Under the pieces are notes generated by a model. That model saw nothing but the letters and a program-made list of their open reading frames with translations, was not told where the DNA came from and made no database searches. A stretch of 64,000 nucleotides of DNA from Pelagomonas calceolata. Taxonomy: Eukaryota. The position numbers and the translations under genes were made by a program. The stretch covers positions 2,666,001-2,730,000 of the forward strand of contig CAKKNE010000002.1 of the NCBI GenBank assembly GCA_918797485.1. Direction: 5' to 3'. Positions 58,980 to 64,000 of the stretch are shown in pieces (the stretch's first letter is position 1; every line of letters starts with the position of its first letter).

Positions 58980-60360
58980 ATGGCTCGGCTAGCGGTGGCA
59001 TTGGCCCTGGCCGCCGGGGCGCAGGCCTTTATGGCCCCGGTCACCACGCAGCCGGCCAAGACCGTTGTTTACGGCAAGGGCGGCGAATTACGAGACCGTA
59101 CAAACCAGTGTGGTATCCTCGGCTCGTGCCGGCCGCTATCACGCCCCCGCTGCACCGGACGATGGCTCCAGCAGCAAGCGCTGCAGCCAAGCTCTCGGCT
59201 CCGCAAGCGGTATGCATAAAAACGGCCAATAAGAGACAAACTCGCGCCGCGCCGAGACCTCCGCACACGCCCAAAAAAAAAAATCTCACCCGCGCGCACC
59301 TCGCGCCGCGCCGAGACGCGTGGCCAGAAGTAAAACTGGCGCGCCGCGCCGAGACGCGCGCCGAGACGCCGAGACGCCCAAAAACTCACCCGCACTCACG
59401 TCACGCCACGAAACCGCTCACCCGCTTCATTCACGCACAGGAATCGCCACGGTCGGCAACACGCAGAAGATCACCGAGGCCATGCGCCTCGTCGCCGCGG
59501 CCAAGGTCCGCCGCGCGCAGGAGGCGGTGCTCCAGACGCGGCCGTTCTCGGAGACGCTCCAGTCCGTCTTCCTCGGCTTAATTGATCAGCTCGGCAAGGA
59601 GCCCATCGACATTCCCCTCCTCGAGACGCGCGAGGTGAAGAAGGTGACGCTCCTCGCCATGTCGGGCGACCGCGGCCTCTGCGGCTCGTACAACACGTAC
59701 ATCATCAAGAAGACGGAGGCGCGCAAGCAGGAGCTCGAGGCGCAGGGCATCGAGGTCGAGATCGTGCCCGTCGGCACGAAGGTCGCGGGCTACTTCCGCC
59801 GGCGCGGCGTCGAGTTCCCGTCGGAGTACAACTGCCCCCAGGTGCCCACGGCCGAGTTCGCGGCGGCGGTGTCCTCGGAGATGCTCAACAAGTTCCTCGA
59901 CGGCGAGACGGACAAGGTCGAGCTCATCTACACGCAGTTCGTGTCGCTCATCGCGTCGGCGCCGAAGCTCAAGACGCTGCTGCCCCTGTCCAAGACGGGC
60001 CTCGAGGCCGCCGAGGACGAGATGTTCGAGCTCACGACGGAGGACGGCGAGCTCGCCGTCGAGACGACGCCGCTCGACGCGCCCGAGGCGAAGGAGTTCC
60101 CCAAGGACACGATCTTCGAGCAGGACCCGATCGCCATCCTCAACGGCATCCTCCCGCTCTACCTCGACGGCCAGATCCTGCGCTCGCTCCAGGAGGCCGT
60201 CGCGTCCGAGCTCGCGTCGCGCATGCAGTCGATGCAGTCGGCGTCGGACAACGCGAAGGACCTGAAGAAGTCGCTCTCGCAGACCTACAACCGCATCCGC
60301 CAGGCGGGCGTGACGCAGGAGATCCTCGAGATCGTCGCGGGCGCGTCGGCGTCGGAGTAG
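58980..60360 (+). CDS. atpC: Plastid ATP synthase gamma subunit, 2 exons (58980-59097, 59441-60360)
   Basis: Presequence ...AGAQAF; the 343-nt GT-AG intron joins ELRDR|IATVGNTQKITEAMRLVAAAK; GDRGLCG; RQAGVTQEILEIVAGA. Confidence 0.97.
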
Positions 60361-60566
60361 ATTGACGCGGCGGCGTTGATTTCGGATTGTTCTCTATTTG
60401 ATTATTGCCGCGCGGGCATCGGCACTTCCCCCCCCGCCGGGCGCGCGCACGCGGTATGTAAAAGAAATATCATATATACTTTCGTCACGGCGACGGCGTT
60501 AAGGGGCTTACGCGTTCCCCGGCGGCGACGGCGGCGCGTCAGTCGAGGTCGAGCGGGAAGGGGGCT

Positions 60567-60842
60567 GTGCACTTTGCTAAGAATTGGGAGGATTACGAGC
60601 GTAACCTCGAGCGCAAGCTCAAGTTCGATGGTGGTAATTTCCGACCGTCTGGTCCGCTCGTCGTCGTCTGCAAGCAGTGGCGCCATGCTCTACAGAAGGC
60701 GACGAAGCAGGCGTGCTCGCGTCTCCCCATCGCCAACGAGTGGTATTTCAAGTTGCTGCAGTATATGCGAAAGCACAAGAAGGATTATCCGCAGGCGCGG
60801 GAGGACGAAGACGAGTATCCTGATTCCGAGCCGCACATGTGA
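60567..60842 (+). pseudogene. ATG-less coding-like fragment (F-box-like LVVVCKQWRHAL)
   Basis: Protein-like composition; no ATG between the upstream TAA (60459) and codon 67. Confidence 0.3.
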
Positions 60843-61032
60843 AGACGCGTCGAGCCAAGCGCGTGCGAAGGTGCTTAGTACCAAGACCAAAGTAAGACCA
60901 AAGTTCGAACTCATAGAACCGGGGGACCCCCACATACCCGCTCACATATTTGTGGCGCAGCCGCTGAACTCCAAACCAAGGGCAAAGGGGAACTTACGCC
61001 AGCCGCGCCCGGCCAATCACCAAGAGAAAAGA

Positions 61033-63078
61033 TCACCGCGCAAACGCGTCGGCCAGCGGGTCGCCGGTCTTCTTCTTCTTTTTCTTCTCCTTCTTCTTCT
61101 CGCCGTCTTCCAACGGCCTCTTCTTCGGCGCGGCGGCGGGCGGTGCGGCGGCCGAGGCGGGCGGCGCGGCCGCGGGCGCCGACGCAGCGGCGGGCGGGGC
61201 GACCGTGGTCTCCGGCGCCACCGCGGCGGGCGGCGCAGCGGCCGCGGGCGCCGCCTCCTCGGGCTTCGGCGCGGCGGGCGCCGGGGCCGCGGCGGCCGGC
61301 GCTGCGCTCGGCGCTTCGGGCGCTGCCGGCGCCGGCGCGCTCGGCGCGGGCGCGGGCGCCGGTGCGGCCGCCGCGGGCGCTGGTGCGGGTGCGGCCGCGG
61401 CCTCCGCCGTCGCGGCCGGCGCCAGCGCCGTTGCGGCCGCCGGCACGGCGGGCGCCGGCGCTGCAGCAGGCGCTGGAGCGGCCGGCGCCGGCGCGGCCTT
61501 GGGCGCCCGGTGCGCCTCCTTGAGCGCTGCTTTCAAACGCTTGAGGCCCTCGGCGATGCGCTCGTCTTGGCCCTCGTTCAGCGCGCCGCGGATCACGGCC
61601 ACCAGATCCCTAAGCAGCGCATCATCAGCGACGACCTCGTTGATAAAATCTCTGTAAATCTTGGCCATGGTCATGCGCGTGATCTTCGTTGACTTATCCG
61701 GACCGACCGTCGCTTTCCGTAAAGCCTCCACCAGACCCCGCGCGTCGGTTGGGAGCTCAAAGGGTTTGTTGTCCTTGGGAGGCGACTTCGGCGCGACCTT
61801 GTCCTCAGCCCGCCCGCTCAGCTGCTTCCAGACGGGAACGCCGGAGTCTCGAGCGTCCTTCATTTTTTTGTCGCGCGCCGCTTGCTTCCTTTCCTCCTCT
61901 TCGCGCTTTTCGCGCTTCTTGGCGGCCAGCGCGTCGAGGGCGCGTTTCTTGTCCTCGTCGGTGCGCGGCTTCTTCGGTACAGTGCTCCCACCTTCCTTCT
62001 TGGGGGCGCTACGCTTCTTCGCGCGGAGCGCAGCCATATCGTCATCTGAGTCATCCTTACTAATGAAGTCGTCGTCGCGTTGTTTCCGTACAACCTTCTT
62101 TTTAATAGGAGGCTTCTTCTTTGTTTTAGTGTGAACGTCGCCGCCGCTCCGCTGCTCCTTGGGCTTAGAGTGTTCCTCGATGGCCTCGGCCAAAGCTTTG
62201 GGGAAGGCCTTCTCGTACTTCTTGGGCTTGAAATGACTGGCGTTCTTGTCGTAGCCCCGTCGCAGACCTTCCTCCCACGGCACAATACTACTCAGGGGTT
62301 CATAAGCGAACCTTTCGCTCGCGTCCATCGCGTAAAACAAGCAGACGTGCTTTTTGCCGAGGTACTTCATGGCCGACGTGTTGATGTTGCCCTTGGTCCA
62401 GCGCGGGTCGTAGATAATGGACGGCCAATGCTCAAATCCTTGCGATTCGACCCACGCGACGTCGGCATATCTATCTTTCCACTCGCTCGGTACTTTCTCG
62501 AACTTGTGATCATCCTTGTGGGGCTCCTTCTCGCGCCGTGCGATTTCTTCGTCATCTAGGGATTCGTCGTCATCGTCCTCTTCTTCGTCGTCCTCGTCCT
62601 CGGGTTCCTCTTCTATCACTCTCTTGGGCTTGGGCTTGGGTTTCGGTTTCGGTTTCGGAGCCTTGGGGGCCTTGGGGGCCTTGGGCTTCTCCTCCTCCTT
62701 GGGCTTGCCGTCGTCTTGCAACGCCGTCGCCACGAGCAGCATCTCCGTCTTCATGAGGTCCTTGTATTGCTTTTTCAAAGTCGCGTCGCCGTCGTCGCCC
62801 AGTGCCATGCGCCGGACGACGGTCTTCCGGACCATCTTGAGAGTGAGCGTGCCGGTCTGCGCCGCCTCCCTCAAGGCGGAGTCCTCTTTGATTGCCGAGG
62901 CCGTAGCGGCCTTCACGGAGGCGTCGGTGAGGGGCTCCGGCGCCTTGGCGGGCTTGGCTTTTTTGGGGATCTTGGCCGGCGGCGCGGCCGGTGCCGGCGC
63001 CGGTGCGGCGGGCGGCTCGCTCGCCGGTGCCGGTGCGGCGGCACTCGCGGCCGGTGCGGGCGGGGCGGCGTCGGCCAT
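61033..63078 (-). CDS. PWWP-domain chromatin protein with Ala/Pro-rich tails
   Basis: YADVAWVESQGFEHWPSIIYDP...VCLFYA...IVPW; possible DEK-C-like N-terminal helices; basic NLS-like tracts. Confidence 0.8.
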   Translation of the reverse strand: MADAAPPAPAASAAAPAPASEPPAAPAPAPAAPPAKIPKKAKPAKAPEPLTDASVKAATASAIKEDSALREAAQTGTLTLKMVRKTVVRRMALGDDGDATLKKQYKDLMKTEMLLVATALQDDGKPKEEEKPKAPKAPKAPKPKPKPKPKPKRVIEEEPEDEDDEEEDDDDESLDDEEIARREKEPHKDDHKFEKVPSEWKDRYADVAWVESQGFEHWPSIIYDPRWTKGNINTSAMKYLGKKHVCLFYAMDASERFAYEPLSSIVPWEEGLRRGYDKNASHFKPKKYEKAFPKALAEAIEEHSKPKEQRSGGDVHTKTKKKPPIKKKVVRKQRDDDFISKDDSDDDMAALRAKKRSAPKKEGGSTVPKKPRTDEDKKRALDALAAKKREKREEEERKQAARDKKMKDARDSGVPVWKQLSGRAEDKVAPKSPPKDNKPFELPTDARGLVEALRKATVGPDKSTKITRMTMAKIYRDFINEVVADDALLRDLVAVIRGALNEGQDERIAEGLKRLKAALKEAHRAPKAAPAPAAPAPAAAPAPAVPAAATALAPAATAEAAAAPAPAPAAAAPAPAPAPSAPAPAAPEAPSAAPAAAAPAPAAPKPEEAAPAAAAPPAAVAPETTVAPPAAASAPAAAPPASAAAPPAAAPKKRPLEDGEKKKEKKKKKKTGDPLADAFAR

Positions 63079-63522
63079 GGCTCGTAAAGGGAAAACGCCG
63101 GCGCGGCACGCGACGACGCTGCGCCGGGTGCTGCCTCTCGCGCGCGCCTCGAGGCTGGAGGCAGGGCTTACCAGTCACACCTGCACGCAGCGATGGTGGC
63201 TGGACAGGGAGTAAAGGCTGCGAGTGAGTCCTGAAACGCACCAGCCGGCTCTGTAAAGCTGAACAGTGCCCACAAAAGCGGCAGCGATGTCGATGCTCGG
63301 GTGAGAGCTAGCTGCAAGGCACTAGCGAACGCGACGTAACTAGCCTCAGCCCTCAGGAACCTCCCAGGGGCTCCGCCCACTCCTAGCACCGTAACAATAA
63401 GAGATTACGCGACGGAACCAGGGAGCCTGAGCCCGACGACTCCCAGCACCGTAACAATAGGCGGCCTAGCTCGTAAGGAAGGAACAATCCTCGGGGAACG
63501 ACTTACGCGAGAAAAAAAACAC

Positions 63523-64000
63523 TCATCGCCGCAGCGCCGCGGGATCCACCGAATAGTCCTCGAGCATCGTCTTCTTCTGGGCGTCTTTGAGCGCGTCCTC
63601 GAGGATGTTGACCTGTGTGGAAATCAAAATTTTACGGCGCGTTCGTGCAGAATCGTCGCGTCGTCCTCCGCGCGATGGAGCCAGCACGGCCGCGTCATCG
63701 CCGAGAAATGACTTCGTGACTATTCATTGGGTGCACCCGACACACTGGTCGATTACCATCATGTACAGATCAAAGTCCGCCAACATCTCCGTGAACTGGT
63801 CGTAGACCTCCTTCTGCTTGTCGTCCAGCGTATACCCGCCCCGCAGGATCTCCTTGGTCTCGGCCGAGAGGTCCCGCGTCCCGGACTCGATCGCTCGCCT
63901 CCCATCGCGCGTCGCGGGCCGTTGCGGCGTCTTCGGTCGCCTGGCACCGGCGGACTTCGGTCGTCGCTTGATGTCCACCTCCGGCCGGAAGGTCTTCCGC
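63523..64000 (-). CDS. 3' end of a hypothetical protein (exons >64000-63757, 63612-63523)
   Basis: Frame is open from the window edge; splicing 63756-63613 gives ...DFDLYMM|VNILEDALKDAQKKTMLEDYSVDPAALRR*. Confidence 0.7.
63613..63756 (-). mobile_element. Introner-type element forming a 144-nt GT-AG intron
   Basis: Plus strand reads ctgtgtggaaatcaaaattttacggcgcg..., the same end as at 5533. On the minus strand it reads gtaatc...gatttccacacag. Confidence 0.85.

Noticed and set aside
59098..59440. atpC intron as an introner
   Set aside because: No TIR or family core seen; only local cgcgccgagac microrepeats in an otherwise ordinary GT-AG intron.
59980..60060. atpC lacks the redox-regulatory Cys pair
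   Set aside because: Expected for red-lineage plastids; not novel.
63379..63459. Repeat-spacer-repeat as a CRISPR array
   Set aside because: Only two copies, eukaryotic context, no cas genes.

Overview
Gene-dense, GC-rich eukaryotic nuclear DNA with very few introns. It most likely comes from a pelagophyte alga (Pelagomonas/Aureococcus-like). This is inferred from signal peptide + 'AF' plastid presequences, a nuclear plastid ATP synthase gamma without the redox Cys loop, axonemal genes and short TIR-bearing intron elements. The window holds about 33 protein genes, mostly single-exon. They include an M3 peptidase, kanadaptin, FabI, NTH1, ALG12, CFAP91, an AI-2E transporter, WDR3, an S10 carboxypeptidase, a 4329-aa intronless inner-arm dynein, a JmjC-methyltransferase fusion, an ACC-synthase-like aminotransferase, a phosphagen kinase, POLRMT, RNase Z, atpC and a PWWP protein. 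Main observations: (1) a recurrent bipartite motif CTAGTGTCTTAC-N3-5-GCTAG whose seven exact-core copies all sit in divergent intergenic gaps; (2) a family of introner-type elements (TIR CTGTGTGGAAATC...GATTTCYACACAG, degenerate 8-nt target duplication) seen at several stages of decay; (3) unusual proteins, namely a JMJD4-like/METTL21-like fusion, a Myb-like + AlkB-like protein and an NTH1 without the Fe-S cysteines; (4) a small island of gene fragments at about 40.9-42.5 kb. All calls were made by eye from motifs; no searches were run.
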